A stretch of 64,000 nucleotides of DNA from Chiloscyllium plagiosum. Its lineage: Eukaryota. Positions 12,919-25,739 of the stretch are shown piece after piece; the stretch's first letter is position 1; every line of letters begins with the position of its first letter. Under the pieces are notes generated by a model. That model was not told where the DNA came from. It saw only the letters and a program-made list of their open reading frames with translations, and did not search any database. The stretch covers positions 66,990,732 through 67,054,731 of the forward strand of contig NC_057718.1 of NCBI RefSeq assembly GCF_004010195.1. The letters run 5' to 3'. The translations under genes and the position numbers were made by a program.

Positions 12919-14883
12919 TGGACCTTACTACATATTTACTAATCCCCCCACCTCCAGACTTCAAACTTCTTTGACAAAACTCCCAACCTCTCTCTGAGGA
13001 CCCCTTCTCCCACCTCCAGTCTTCCTCCTCCATTTGGTCACCTTCCCACCAGCCTTGTACCTGCCCCAGACCTCTTCATTGTAGATTGCCAATGTGAGAT
13101 CGGATGCCTCAAATTCTCCACACCCCTCACCCATTCCAAACTCACCTCCTCTGAACATGCAGCACTCCACTCGTTCCGTACCAACCCTCGATTCACCATC
13201 AAACCCGCTGACAAAGGCGGGGGGGTGGTAGTCTGGAGAATGGACCTCTATGTCGCAGAGGCCAAACGCCAACTTTCCAACATCACATCCTACCTTCCCC
13301 TTACCCGCGACCCAACCATAACTCATCATGCCCTGTTAATGCCGTCATTACCTCCCGTGATTCCTTCCTCCACTGCATAGTCTCCTAGCCCCGCATTACC
13401 CAGTTCTACCTGCTCCCTAAGATCCGCAAACCCAACTACCCAGCCAACCCATTGTCACGGCCTGCTCCTGCTCCACTGAACTCATCTCATTCTACCTCGA
13501 CTCTATCCTCTCCCCCTTAGTTCAGGCACTTCCCATCTACATCTGTGACACCAAACACGCCCTCCATCTCTTCAGTAACTTCCAGTTCCCCGGCCCCAGT
13601 GCTTTATTTTCATTATGGTTGTGCATTCCTTATATATATCCATACCCCACAAGGATGGCTTCCAGACCCTCCACTTCTTCCTCTCCATCCAGTCCCCCTC
13701 CACCAATGCCATCCTCTCCCTCACCGTACTGATCCTCACCCTCAACAACTTTTTCTTTAACTTGTCGCATTTCCTCCAAATCCAGGGGGTAGCCATGGGC
13801 ACCCGGATGGGTCCCAGATATGTGTGCCTCTTTGTTGGCTATGTTGAACAGTCCGCCTTCAGTATCTACACAGGCACCCTGCCCCAACTCTTCTGCCATT
13901 ACATTACGCTGCAGCAGTGCAGTGTCCTGCACCCAGGCTGAACTGGAGCAGTTTGTCGACTTCACCCACAACTTCCACCCCACCCTCAAGTTTACTTGGT
14001 CCATCTCGGACACCTCCCTCCCCTTTCTTGACCTCTCTATTTCCATGTCTGGTGACAGTCTCCAGACAGAAATTTACTACAAACCCACAGACTCTCATAA
14101 CTACCTGGACTGCACCTCTTCCCACCCAGCATCCTGCGAGAACTCCATCCCATTCTCCCAATTCCTCTGCCTCCGCCGCAACTGCTCACATGAGGAGACA
14201 TTCTACTCGCAAGCCTCCCAAATGTTCACCTATTTCGAACAAGAGCTTTTCCTCCCTTTGTCATCTAGACATCCCTCCACCGTACCACCTCCATTCCCCG
14301 TTCCACTGCTCTAAACCCCTCTCCCAATACAATAAAGACAGAGTCCCCCTTGTTCTCACCTACCACCCCACTGGTTTCCACATCCAGTGCACCATCGTTA
14401 AACACTTCTGCCAACTCCAACTAGACCCTACCACCAAGTACATCTTCCCCTCCCCATCCATCTCTCCTTCTGCAAGGATCGTTCCCTTTGACAGTCCTTG
14501 GTTTGCACCACCCTCCACACCAATCCCCCCTGAACTCCCAGGTACCTTTCTTTGTAACTGCAAAAGATGAAAAACCTGCTGGTACACCACCCCCTTCAAC
14601 TCATTCAGGGTTCCAAACAGTCCTTTCAGGTGCCTCTCTTCCAACCTAGTTTACTGCGTCAGGTGCTCCCGATGTGGTCTTCTCTACATCAGGGAGACCA
14701 AACGTAAACTTAAGGAATGGTTCACTGAGCATCCCAGCCAAGCCTGCAGGAGCCGACTGGACCTTCCAGTCACCGCCCATTTTAATTCCCCTTCCCACTC
14801 CCTTTCTGACATGACCATTCTTGGTCTCCTCCATAGTCACAACAAACACCACACTGCAAATTGGAGGAGCAACACCTCACCTT

Positions 14884-15475
14884 TAGTAGAGGGATCAAGT
14901 TTTGGAACCATGAGGTCATGCTGCAGCTGTACAAAACTCTGATGTGGCCGCACTTGGCGTATTGCATGCAGGTCTGTTCACCACAGTATAGGAATGATGT
15001 GGAAGCTTTGGAAAGGGTTCAGAGGAGATTTACAAGGATGTTGCCTGGCATGGAGGGAAAATCTTATGAGGAAAGATTGAGTGTCTTGAGGCTGTTTTCA
15101 TTAAGGTTGAGAGGTGACTTAATTGAGACATATCAGATAATCGGAGGGTTAGCTTGGATACACAGTGAGAGTCTTTTTCCTCAGATGGTGACGGCTAGAA
15201 CGAGGAGGCATAGCTTCAAATTGAGGGGTGATAGGTATAAGACAGATGTCAGAGGTAATTTCTTTACTGAGAGAATAGTAGGGGCATAGAATGCACTGCC
15301 TGCAACAGTTGTAGACTCGCCAATTTTACAGGCATTTAAATTGTCATTGGATAGGCATATGGATGAGAATGGAATAGTGTAGATTAGATAGGATTCAGAT
15401 TGGTTTCACAGGGTGGCACAACAGCGAGGGCTGAAAGGCCTGTACTGCGCTGTAATGTTCTATGTTCTATGTTCT
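14884..15475 (+). mobile_element. CR1 3' fragment inserted into the PLE
   Basis: ORF 14861-15289 (LYKTLMWPHLAYC..ERVQRRFTRMLPG), (gttctat)n tail; acctt on both sides (14879-14883, 15476-15480) as a possible short TSD. Confidence 0.9.
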
Positions 15476-15706
15476 ACCTTCCTCCTGGGCAGCCTACAGC
15501 CTGGAGGACTCAATTTCGAGTTCTCTAATTTCAAATAACTTCCCTTCCCAGCCCCTCCCCCTCCCTTCCACTCCTCCCTGCCACCAACCGGATTCATTCC
15601 CCATTGATCAACCAGGTCGTATCCTCTACCTGTGTTCACCTATCCCCACTTCACCATGCTGCCCCCGTCACCCCCTTTATCTATAGCTCCCCCTACACCC
15701 ATCCCC

Positions 15707-15741
15707 AGTCCTGAAGAAGAGTAACACCCAAAACATCGACG
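15707..15741 (+). ncRNA. Degenerate hammerhead motif in the PLE terminal repeat
   Basis: gtc-CTGAAGA-a-gagtaacaccc-AAAA-catc-gac; G of GAAA and the ACGT palindrome lost, consistent with CpG decay; stem I gtc/gac retained. Confidence 0.5.
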
Positions 15742-15799
15742 TCTCTGCTTCCTGATGCTGTCTGGCTTGCTTTATTCTTCCAACCTCCTGCCTGTCTGC

Positions 15800-16350
15800 T
15801 AGAACAGAATACAGAAGCAAGGAAGTCTTGTTGCAACTTTGTTAAACATCGGTTAGGCCACAGATGGAATACTGTGAGCAGTTCTGGTTGCCATACTATT
15901 AGAGGGACATAATTGCATTGGAGAACGTGCAGAGGAGATTAATCAAGATGTTGTCTGGGAGACAAGTCTCAGTTATGAAGAGAGTCTGGATAGATTGGGT
16001 TTGTTTTCCTTGGAGCAGAAGAGGCTGAGGAGGGATCTGATTGAGGTATACATACTTATGAGAGGTACAGACAGAGTAGATTGTGTGAATCTTTTCCCCA
16101 TGGCAAGCTCATCTAAAACCAGTGTGTATAAATTTAAGGTGAGGGACCAATAATTTAGAGGAAATCTGAGACAGAAGTTTCTCGTCTAGAGCATGTTACT
16201 AAAATATGGAATATGCTGTCTGTGAGGTTGGTGGTGACAGATACTCTTGCAACATTTAGGAAGCATTTAGTTGAGTACTTAAAATGTCAGGACATACCAG
16301 GCTATGGACCAAATAGACATAATGGGCTGAAAGGCCTGTTTCTATGCTGT
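15800..16350 (+). mobile_element. CR1 3' part (continuation of 11228-12918)
   Basis: gaatacagaagcaaggaagtc (EYRSKEV) continues the frame broken at AFISQ; ends gggctgaaaggcctgtttctatgctg. Confidence 0.85.
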
Positions 16351-17404
16351 GTGGATACTCAACATGGATATCAATTATAGGTATGGATCAACTACCATCA
16401 TTTTAAATGGAAAAGCAGGATCAAAGAGCCAGTGGTCTACTTCAGTGCTTAGTTTCTGTATTCCTGTTTTTCTGTGCAAGGAGGGCACAATGCACAGACT
16501 CCATTGCTAAGTAGAAATGATAACTGCATTGCTCATAATTGTTCATTGAAGCAAAATTTTGTGTAGAGGTCACATATTCATTTGCATGAAATTTAGATTG
16601 CTATGATCTTTTCAGACAAAGCCAGTTGCAGTCAACACATTGTCCATGAACCACATTTACAGTTCCTGGCAGAAGTAGGAATGGATGCAAGCGCCACTTG
16701 AAAACCATATTTGTGCAGGTTGATACTGGATCCCATTGCTTCCAGAACAGAATCCAATCTTCAATGGGAGGGAACAAGCGAATTATCTGGAATTGCCACA
16801 CCACTAATTAAGTGCCACTTAAGATACTGATGTACTTAAAAGACGTCTCTCGAGTTGTTAGGGATTTCAGTCAGCAGGCAGAGGGAACATGCAGTGTGCA
16901 TAACATGTCAGGGTGAAATTGATGTGCCAATAGTGAGGAGCCATCAGGTCTATTGAAGGTAGTGATCAACTCATATCAAAAATGGGCAGTCACACTCTGC
17001 TGCTCAGCCATGGGCACAGAGTTGTCATGAGTCATGTTGAGAGTTGTTCATTTCTCACTAGCAAGTGATTAGATTCCAGAAAAGGGCATCAGGCAGCTCT
17101 CTTCACCTGGGTAGCAAAAGTTGACAGAGGAAACCCTGGTGTATATACCTCGAGTGGCTTGGAGACCGGATTGAGATGGTAGTAAGATATTCTGATGTCA
17201 GCCTCAGTAGAGGCAACATCCTGGTCAGGAGAAAAGAGGAGAATAGAGAGAATCTTATGAAGAAGTGATACCTATTAATTGGATGTACTGATCCAATCAC
17301 CTTAGCTGACAGAACTCCAGTATTGGAGAAAACAGTACCTATCTGAGCACATGTTGTTGGAGATTTGCACTACGGTGCACAGTGACCTGATACCTTGCAT
17401 AGTA

Positions 17405-17975
17405 GACAGAGTGTGGCAGCAGAAAAAACATAGCAAGTCAGGCAGCATCAGAAGAGCAGGAGAATCAACATTTCGGGCAGGACCCTTCATCAGGACTGGA
17501 GAACGGAAAGGGGGCTGAGAAATAAATAGGGGGAGGGAGAGGGGCTGGCAGAAAGGTCATTGGCATGGCAATAGGTGGATGCATGAAGAAGGTGATTGTG
17601 ATAGGTCGATGGGTAGGATGGAGCGGATAGGTAGGAAGGACTATGAACAGATAGGCCAGGTCAAGAGGGTGATGTTGAGTCGGCTGGGTTTGGCTGTGTG
17701 GTTGTAGTCTCCCGAGGCAGGAGATGAGATGTTCTTCCTCCACTTTGCGAGTGGACTTGTTTACGTTGTGGAGGAGGCCCAGATAGACATATCATCGGGG
17801 AGTTGAAATGGATGGCCACCATGGTGGGGTTGGTGGTGCATATGGACTAGAGATGTTTTCTGAAGGTTGCGCTCAATCGCTCCAATGTAGATGAGGCCAC
17901 ATTCAGAGCAACAGATGCAGTAAAAGAGGTTCGAAGATATACAAGTAATATTCTGCCGGTCAATCCAGTCTCTGA
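17405..17975 (-). mobile_element. Penelope-like element 3' fragment (GIY-YIG + terminal repeat, family B)
   Basis: ORF 17761-18003 TCISSNLFYCICCSECGLIYIG; MEEEHLISCLGRLQP; terminal repeat with hammerhead at 17464-17497. Confidence 0.88.
17464..17497 (-). ncRNA. Hammerhead motif, CpG-decayed stem III
   Basis: Minus strand agtc-CTGATGA-a-ggg-tcctg-ccc-GAAA-tg-tt-gat; consensus would be GAAAcgUC. Confidence 0.55.
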
Positions 17976-18999
17976 GATTTACGTGCATATTTTCAAACTT
18001 CATTTACAACAGTAAACTTACAACAGCCTGTTTTGATGTTCTTTAGTGTTATCTTGACCAGTCAGGTGGTGCTATCCAGTAAGTGCCAACCAGGGTACCC
18101 TGTTTTGTAGTCAGCTATAGCACATGTTACAAAAATGTGTATATGTGTGAAGATGATAATGAACAAGGCCCTGCAGAGGAGTCCAGTAACTATGCATTGA
18201 AGAGAAACTGCTGATACCATCTGAAGTGTCATGGGCATGCTAACTTAATCAAGGACTTAACTGAGTGGCTCCTGGCACTCTGAACTTGAACCACTAATAC
18301 ATGAGGTGGTACTTAATGAAGGTGATATGTGTCTCACCTGCTGACTGGAGAGCTGACGAGAGTCCAATGTCAAGACCCGAAAGCTAATGCCTGCCACATT
18401 TAAGTGCTGTGCTTTACTGGATAGTGGTTGATATTTCCCAAAGTGAAGGAGCCCCAGGGGTGAAATCCCACCTACTGACAGCTTCAGCTTCTCTGAGTCT
18501 GGTAGCTCTTTATTGACTGGAGTACCACTGGGGATGTCTATGGACTCAAGCACAGGTGAGTGATGGGAAAAGGTGGGTGATGGGACAGAGGTAGGTTGGA
18601 GGGTCTATCCCAGCAAGAGCAAGGGCTCAAATTCAGAAAAGTGCTCCCTTTCTTCCTGAAGCTTATTTCCTTGATCAAATTCTGAATGCCTTTGAATGAG
18701 GAATCTCCAATCGCCCTCTACTGCAAGAAGTGGACTAATGTTTGCTTTTCAGGGTTTACGATGAGTTAACTGCCCAATGCTAGGAGAATACCAGTGACAA
18801 CATAATGAAGTCCTTAAATAGATATAAGTTGCTCATTTAAGGACCTCAATTGACTTTTATAGTTGCAGCTTTGGTCTTTTTAGCCCCTTTGGCAATTTTG
18901 ATTCCTTGTTAATGTTAAGCCTTGTGCACCTCAGGATTCTAAGTCCTCTTAGTCATAACCTCAGCAAGAGAGACATCAGTAATAGCTTGTTGAAAATTC

Positions 19000-19564
19000 A
19001 CTACATGGCGGGAGGGCTCTCTCTGCATCTCTTCAGTTAGCTTCTTTTTGCACTTGTGCCTGTCCAAATCAGTTCAGTTGATCTTAGAGACGAATGCTGC
19101 TTCAGATTTTGTATTCAGAAACTGGAAAGCCTTCCCACCAAAGCAGTTCCAGAAATATCTTGTATCTACTAAAACTCCAGTTTGATCTTCATGTTGATGG
19201 TTACATGGGACATTTGCTGGATGCAGTTGAGTAAGTTTGGAGCTCAGGAAAAATCCATGAGCAGAATTAACTTGGTGAATTTTAGCTGTGGGTGAAGATT
19301 TGGAGTTATGCTTATGAGTGAATATTGTAGTGCAATTTCATACTCCAGGAAAGCAGAGATCCATGAAAGGAGGTGATTAACCAAAACAGGAGCAGTTGTT
19401 GACACAAGGTTTTATTGTTGTTTGTTCATGACAATGGAATCTTGTGACTTTATTCTCTTGTCAAGTCCCTTGTATTTCTCCTTTCATCTATTTTAAAAAT
19501 AAAAGTTATTGCTCCCTAGTCACTTTAAACCATAAATTTGGCAATCTGGCATGGGATTGTAACA
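19000..19564 (+). mobile_element. Possible solo-LTR remnant
   Basis: AATAAA near 19498 followed ~60 bp later by an LTR-like end gggattgtaaca (..CA); no 5' TG end or TSD identified. Confidence 0.3.
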
Positions 19565-21212
19565 GTTTCTAGCATTACCATCACTGCATCTCACAAACAT
19601 TGCACCTCAACACGTTCTTTTGCCATTTAGCTTTCAAACCAATCCCCACCACAATACATCAATACACAGAAATCTGAGCAAAACCATCACACAAAACTTC
19701 TGTAACTACATAAATCAAATAAAAAGGCAAACCAACTGACCCTTGAAGTGAAACTAATGTTGTGGCACCTTTTACTGATGCCCATTTCTACACAGTCCTC
19801 CAATTGTGGCTAAGGATAAGGTGAAGGAAGCCTGCATCCAGCTGTGATGGCTCATGGCTTTTGTCTTCATTTTTGATGTGCCTGTGGGGTCTTCTCCCAA
19901 AGGCATATGTCATGGCACAGGCCAGCTTTATCACAGGGTCTTCAGGCAGGAATAATTGCTGAAACAAGGCTGATTTTGGTGACTTTTTCCCGGGAGGTTG
20001 CCAAGCAGCCTCCCCTTTGACTACACAAGCTCTTTCATGGTATCACTGATGGCTGGATGAGACTACCAGCTGGACAGAGCTGGGTCACACTGCAAGAATC
20101 CCTGTACCATTAGTGGCACTGACCATTCCATGCGCCATTTTCTGTGCATCTTAGTGCACTGCTCTTTATTTAATGTTATGATACTTGATTTTTAAAAAAA
20201 TCTCAGATTAATATACATACAACTGAGAGCAGCCAGTCAGTAAACTTTAGGAATGACAATAACGTTTATTGAAAAATGTTAAAGCACATATTTTGTTCCT
20301 TGTTGAGGCATGTGCCCCTGAGATGAACAAATGTCTGCATTTTGGCAGCTCTCTGCAACTTTGCTGCACTGCTCTATACCCACACAAAGTGTTGCCCATA
20401 TGATTGTCCATGAGGTTGACCTCTCTTTGAATGGTGAACTCATGTGCTGAAATCCCTGACTCATAACAGAGCTCAAGTGTTGGATGTCTCTACTGACAAC
20501 CCATGGCTCCACAATTTGTCTTAGAGACCCAACAATTTAGAACTCCCTAGATGCTCCAGACAAACCATCCTTGTCAATAATACCCGAGGTTCAATAAAAC
20601 ATAGCTCTATGAGTCCTCTCATCCTCTGAAGAGGACTCCCACAACTAACACTGTTTCACATTCCTCCTTGTGTTCACTCATGATCAGATATTCCCCAATG
20701 CACATTTTGCTCCTTTGCTGTGATCCAAACTCCAGATCCTGTAGAAAAAAAAGATAAAGAACCCATTGACTAGAACTTGCACAACTGTCAACTGCTGCAT
20801 CATGACAACCAATCCCATAGATGACAGCAGACAATGAACTCAAGGTAGTTTTTGGCAGCTGTTTCCTCCATATCCTCCACCTGAAGGTAGGGCTTCCAGT
20901 CCCTACTTTGTAAATAGCCTACCATAATAGCATTTATGCAATGTCCAGCACCCTTCCTCTTTAATCCATAATTGAAAATCCAGCCCTGCAAATTGGAACA
21001 AGATTTGACACATTGAATAATGAATAATCAAGCTAATATTTCTAGTTTTGCATCTCCATTCATGTGGGTGTTGGAGTTGAGGCTGAAGATCCACTGTAAT
21101 TTTGTTGAATGGCAGAACTGGCAGGAAGGCACAAATATCTAATTCTAGCTCGAATTTATAATGTTCTTAATAGCTCACTCCATATTGGGATGGTTACCAC
21201 AGACTGGAAGGA

Positions 21213-21545
21213 AGAAAATCTTGCATTTATATGGAACATTTCACGACTCACAGTTAGAAGTACTTTACAGACAATGAATTTCTGGTACTGTTATAATGAT
21301 AAAAACCTGGCAGCCAATTGCATTCAGCAAACTCAAATCAATTACAATGTGATACTTAATCTGGTAACCTATTTTTGTGATATTAAATGGAGAATAAACA
21401 TTGGCTGGAACACCAGAGATAATTTGCCTACTCTTCTGAAGAATAATTCCATTACGTCTTTTACAACTGTCTGAGAGTTTTGACAGTACCTTGGAAAAAC
21501 AGCTCTCCAAAAACTGCACTTTCAACAATGCAGCACTCACTTGGG
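21213..21545 (-). mobile_element. Deu-domain SINE (SacSINE1/AmnSINE1-related), old
   Basis: cttgcatttatatggaacatttcacgac...ggcagccaattg...ttggctggaacaccag...ctcttctgaagaata...caatgcagcactc follows the order of the Deu-SINE reverse complement as I recall it. Confidence 0.65.
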
Positions 21546-21879
21546 TGAAGTATCTTGGATAACTATTTGACCCTGACTCACCATTACCCCTACCTCCCCC
21601 CCTTACACCTCTTTCCTCAACGCCCACTCCACCTGACATCTAGTTTCAACCTAACACTGCTGGTGGTCTGACCTTCCCAACTTTTGCTCGAACCTTCCCA
21701 ACTCCTGCAAAAATGAAGTGATAACCCAAGATGACAAAAGAGATAGAATCATAATCCCAAAGGAGACGTGTAAGGGAATTGAGACTATCCTGAGGAAGGC
21801 AAGAGAAGTGCTCTAATGGTCAAACATGAGCAATTAGATTCAGGATCACATCAGTCAGGGCAATGTTGTAATGAGTACC

Positions 21880-23270
21880 AAGTGGGAAATCATGTCTCAC
21901 AAACTTGATTGAGTTTTTTGAAGAAGTAACAAAGAAGATTGATGAGGGCAGAGCAGTAGATGTGATCTATATGGACTTCAGTAAGACGTTCGACAAGGTT
22001 CCCAATGGAGACTGATTAGCAAGGTTAGATCTCATGGAATACAGGGAGAACTAGCCATTTGGATACAGAACTGGCTCAAAGGTAGAAGACAGAGGGTGGT
22101 GGTGGAGGGTTGTTTTTCAGACTGGAGGCCTGTGACTAGTGGAGTGCCACAGGATCTGTGCTGGGCCCTCTATTTTTTTGTCATTTACATAAATGATTTG
22201 GATGCGAGCATAAGAGGTACAGTTAGTAAGTTTGCAGATGACACCAAAATTGGAGGTGTAGTGGACAGCGAAGAGGGTTACCTCAGATTACAACAGGATC
22301 TTGACCAGATGAGCCAATGGGCTNNNNNNNNNNNNNNNNNNNNNNNNNNNNNNNNNNNNNNNNNNNNNNNNNNNNNNNNNNNNNNNNNNNNNNNNNNNNN
22401 NNNNNNNNNNNNNNNNNNNNNNNNNNNNNNNNNNNNNNNNNNNNNNNNNNNNNNNNNNNNNNNNNNNNNNNNNNNNNNNNNNNNNNNNNNNNNNNNNNNN
22501 NNNNNNNNNNNNNNNNNNNNNNNNNNNNNNNNNNNNNNNNNNNNNNNNNNNNNNNNNNNNNNNNNNNNNNNNNNNNNNNNNNNNNNNNNNNNNNNNNNNN
22601 NNNNNNNNNNNNNNNNNNNNNNNNNNNNNNNNNNNNNNNNNNNNNNNNNNNNNNNNNNNNNNNNNNNNNNNNNNNNNNNNNNNNNNNNNNNNNNNNNNNN
22701 NNNNNNNNNNNNNNNNNNNNNNNNNNNNNNNNNNNNNNNNNNNNNNNNNNNNNNNNNNNNNNNNNNNNNNNNNNNNNNNNNNNNNNNNNNNNNNNNNNNN
22801 NNNNNNNNNNNNNNNNNNNNNNNNNNNNNNNNNNNNNNNNNNNNNNNNNNNNNNNNNNNNNNNNNNNNNNNNNNNNNNNNNNNNNNNNNNNNNNNNNNNN
22901 NNNNNNNNNNNNNNNNNNNNNNNNNNNNNNNNNNNNNNNNNNNNNNNNNNNNNNNNNNNNNNNNNNNNNNNNNNNNNNNNNNNNNNNNNNNNNNNNNNNN
23001 NNNNNNNNNNNNNNNNNNNNNNNNNNNNNNNNNNNNNNNNNNNNNNNNNNNNNNNNNNNNNNNNNNNCTTTTCACGCAGACGGTGGTACGTGTATGGAAT
23101 GAGCTGCCAGAGGATGTGGTGGAGGCTGGTACAATTGCAATATTTAAGAGGCATTTGGATGAGTATATGAATAGGAAAGGTTTGGAGGGATATGGTCCGG
23201 GTGCTGGCAGGTGGGACTAGATTGGGTTGGGATATCTGGTCAGCATGGACGAGTTGGACCGAAGGGTCCT
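21880..23270 (+). mobile_element. Relatively young CR1 3' half spanning an assembly gap
   Basis: YMDFSKTFDKVP, WRPVTSGVPQ, FADDTKIGG before the gap; FTQTVVRVWNELP...GRWD* and 3' UTR after it. Confidence 0.92.
22324..23067. other. Assembly gap (744 N)
   Basis: Continuous N run inside a CR1 copy. Confidence 0.99.
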
Positions 23271-23284
23271 GGACCACCCTAGCA

Positions 23285-24450
23285 TGATGCACCTTGTCAA
23301 AATGCTTTATTAAGGTTTATGTAGACAACATCCATGACCCTACCCTCATCAATCATCTTCATCACTTCCTCAAAAACCTCAACCAAGATTGTGAGACAAG
23401 ACCTCTCCCACATAAAGCCATGCTGACCATCCCTAATAAGTGCATTTTTTCCCAAATGCAAGTAAATCCTGGGTCCTTGGAATCTTCTCCAATAATTTCC
23501 CTACTATTGATGGAAGGCTCACCAGCCTATAATTTCCTGAATTATCCCAGTTGACTTTCTTGAACAAAAAAGAAAACATTGTTTATTCTGGGATGTCATC
23601 TGTGGCTAAAAAGGATACAAAGATCTCAGCCTAGTAATCTCCTCCCTTGTTTACTTTGATATCCTGGGATAGATCCCATCAGGCCCTGGGGACTAATCTA
23701 CTTTAATCTACTTTTTCAAGACAACCAATACCTCCTACTCTTTAATATCAACATGCCCAAGAATATCAACATACCCCTCCCTAATCTTACCATCATGTAT
23801 GCCCTTCTCCTTAGTGACTACCAATACAAAGTACTTCTTAAGACCTCATCCACTTCTTCTGGCTTCATGCATAAATTACCTCCTTTGTCCTTGAGTAGAC
23901 CAATCCTTTCCTTAGTTACCCTCTTGCTCCTAATATATGTGTAAAATGCCTTGGGATTCTCCATAGTTATACCTGCAAAGGGAATTTCATTATCCCTTCT
24001 AACCCTGCTAGTTTATTGTTTACGTTCTTTTCTGCTTCCTTTGTATTCCTCTAGGACCTTGTTTGATCTCCATTTCCTAAAACTTACATATGCTCCCTTT
24101 TCCTTTTTGACTAAACTTTAAATATTTGTTTATCATCCCAGGGTACTGAATCTTGCTATCCTTATCTTTCATCCTCACAGGAACATGCTGGTCCTAAACC
24201 ATGATCTCCTGGCCTTTAAATAATTCTCACATGTCAGATGTGGATTTATCCTCAAACAGCTGCCCCAATCTACTTTCTTCAGTTGCTGTCTAGGACTGTT
24301 TTAATTAGCTTTCCCCCCAATTTAGCACTTGCACCCGAGGACTAGTCTTATCTTTCTCCAAAGCTATCTTAAAACTTACAGAATTATGATGACTTCCCAA
24401 AATGCTCCCCCACTGAAACTTCTAGCACATATCCAGACAATCCTACCAAT
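23285..24450 (-). mobile_element. CR1 ORF2 fragment
   Basis: Minus strand VSVGEHFGKSS, ENPKAFY, PGPDGIYPR, SQHGF and AFDKV remnants. Confidence 0.85.
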
Positions 24451-25029
24451 GAACTTCTAAAATAGGCGGGAGATGGAGACTTGTTTACTTCTTTCAAGTG
24501 AAAGCAGGACCTGTTTTTTGGGTTAGCTGAAGCGGCACAGTAAAATTTCTCGTATATTCCACCACGTCCCTTGGAGATAGCTGCTCCCTCACATTGTTTC
24601 CTCTGACAACTTCTCCCCCACTTTAACAGCTCCTCTGCAGGTTCTTCCCTATTTTGCCTCTCTCCAGTTACAGCTTTTTGTACACTATATCTGTTCTTTG
24701 AATCCTCCATTATTTGCCACCTCTCCCCAGCTGAAGCTGCTCCCTCTTCCCCATGACCCTGGCAGACACAGTTCCTTCCTCGCCATCTCTTCTCCATTAT
24801 AACTGTTTTTTACAGACTCTACTGCCTCACTTTGCATATGTTACTGCCAATGTTTGGGTCCGTAGGCAACTCTAGCTGATTGTTGCTACTGATTTTCCCA
24901 CTAATTACTGCTCCTCCAATTACAAACTGTTTCTCTCCCGCATTCGGTGCTGAGCATGAAACTTTCAGCTTCTGACTCTTGAACAGCTCTTTACAGATTT
25001 GGCCACGTCAACTTGCTTGATCTTACATG

Positions 25030-25540
25030 TGTTTTGAACAATGGTTACCCGGATGGATAGTGACACTAACCCCATATTTGGACAATTGTGTCATAGACTT
25101 GTTTTAATCACCAAGCTATGTTGGGAGAAGAAATTGCCTGAATATTTTCTAATTGATGAAGGTTTTTACAGTCGGTTCTGCTATAAAGCAATAGTTCCTT
25201 TCTTCTGCAAGCTCGCGATATAAGAAAATCGTGCAATAGCAGCACCATGTAAACTAATAGGACCGAATCATGTTATAACCAATACATGCTTTAAAAGTTC
25301 GCGCTTTAGAAACAGTGTACCCAATTCGTCAATCGTTTTACAATGAATTTGCACTAACTAAATGCACGTAATAGCAAAATAACCTGTTTCAGGGTTTTGC
25401 TTCTCCCAAGAGATCATATGGATTTCAGGTGAGCAGGATATTACATTTAAGAAATTACTGCATTTGTGTGGAACAGGTTGGATGAACCTGAAAGTCTTTA
25501 CTTGTTTATCATTGTTTGTATGCTTATATATTCGTATCTA
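25030..25540 (+). mobile_element. Old LINE 3' UTR remnant interrupted by a MITE
   Basis: ttttgcttctcccaagagatcatatgg...ggatgaacctgaaagtcttt...tttgtatgcttatatattcgtat resembles a CR1-type tail. Confidence 0.4.
25169..25386. mobile_element. Tc1/mariner Tigger-like MITE
   Basis: ta|cagtcggttctgctata ... aatagcaaaataacctg|tt imperfect TIRs with CAG..CTG ends and a TA on the left; a related copy lies at 58092-58292. Confidence 0.7.
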
Positions 25541-25739
25541 AAAATGCAAAAGCGATATATGTAATAGGATAGTGTATGAATTGAATAGTTTGTAGAAATA
25601 ATAACTATTGTATTCTCATACCTTTGAAAAAAAGCAAGTCAGATATTTCTTTTAACAGTGAATGCTAATTTCAAATCCACATCACACTTTATTTCTAACC
25701 CTATATTGAATTATTTACACCTTCAAGGCAGTTGATTGA

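Larger units (their letters stand above)
12920..15797 (+). mobile_element. Penelope-like element (Neptune-type), frameshifted, RT + GIY-YIG + pseudo-LTR
   Basis: FTIKPADKGG (~13195), GVAMGTRMGP, HPTLKFTW..LPFLD..YYKPTDSHNYL, Cys linker GTFLCNCKR, LVYCVRCSRCGLLYIRETKR (GIY-YIG, ~14645), terminal repeat with a hammerhead remnant at ~15710. Confidence 0.9.
17230..18230 (+). pseudogene. PIF/Harbinger (HARBI1-like) transposase fossil, split by a PLE fragment
   Basis: 17321-17395 YWRKQYLSEHMLLEICTTVHSDLIP resembles the N-terminal R-L-S..EIC..DL-P segment; 18047-18133 CYLDQSGGAIQ*VPTRVPCFVV resembles the C-terminal CLDRSGGALQYSPERV segment. Confidence 0.65.

Noticed and set aside
13545..14644. Multiple overlapping ORFs on both strands suggesting extra genes
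   Set aside because: Alternative-frame and antisense shadows of the C-rich PLE coding region.
22096..23292. Long ORFs of 261-374 aa in the track
   Set aside because: They read through 744 N; the real flanks are CR1 ORF2.
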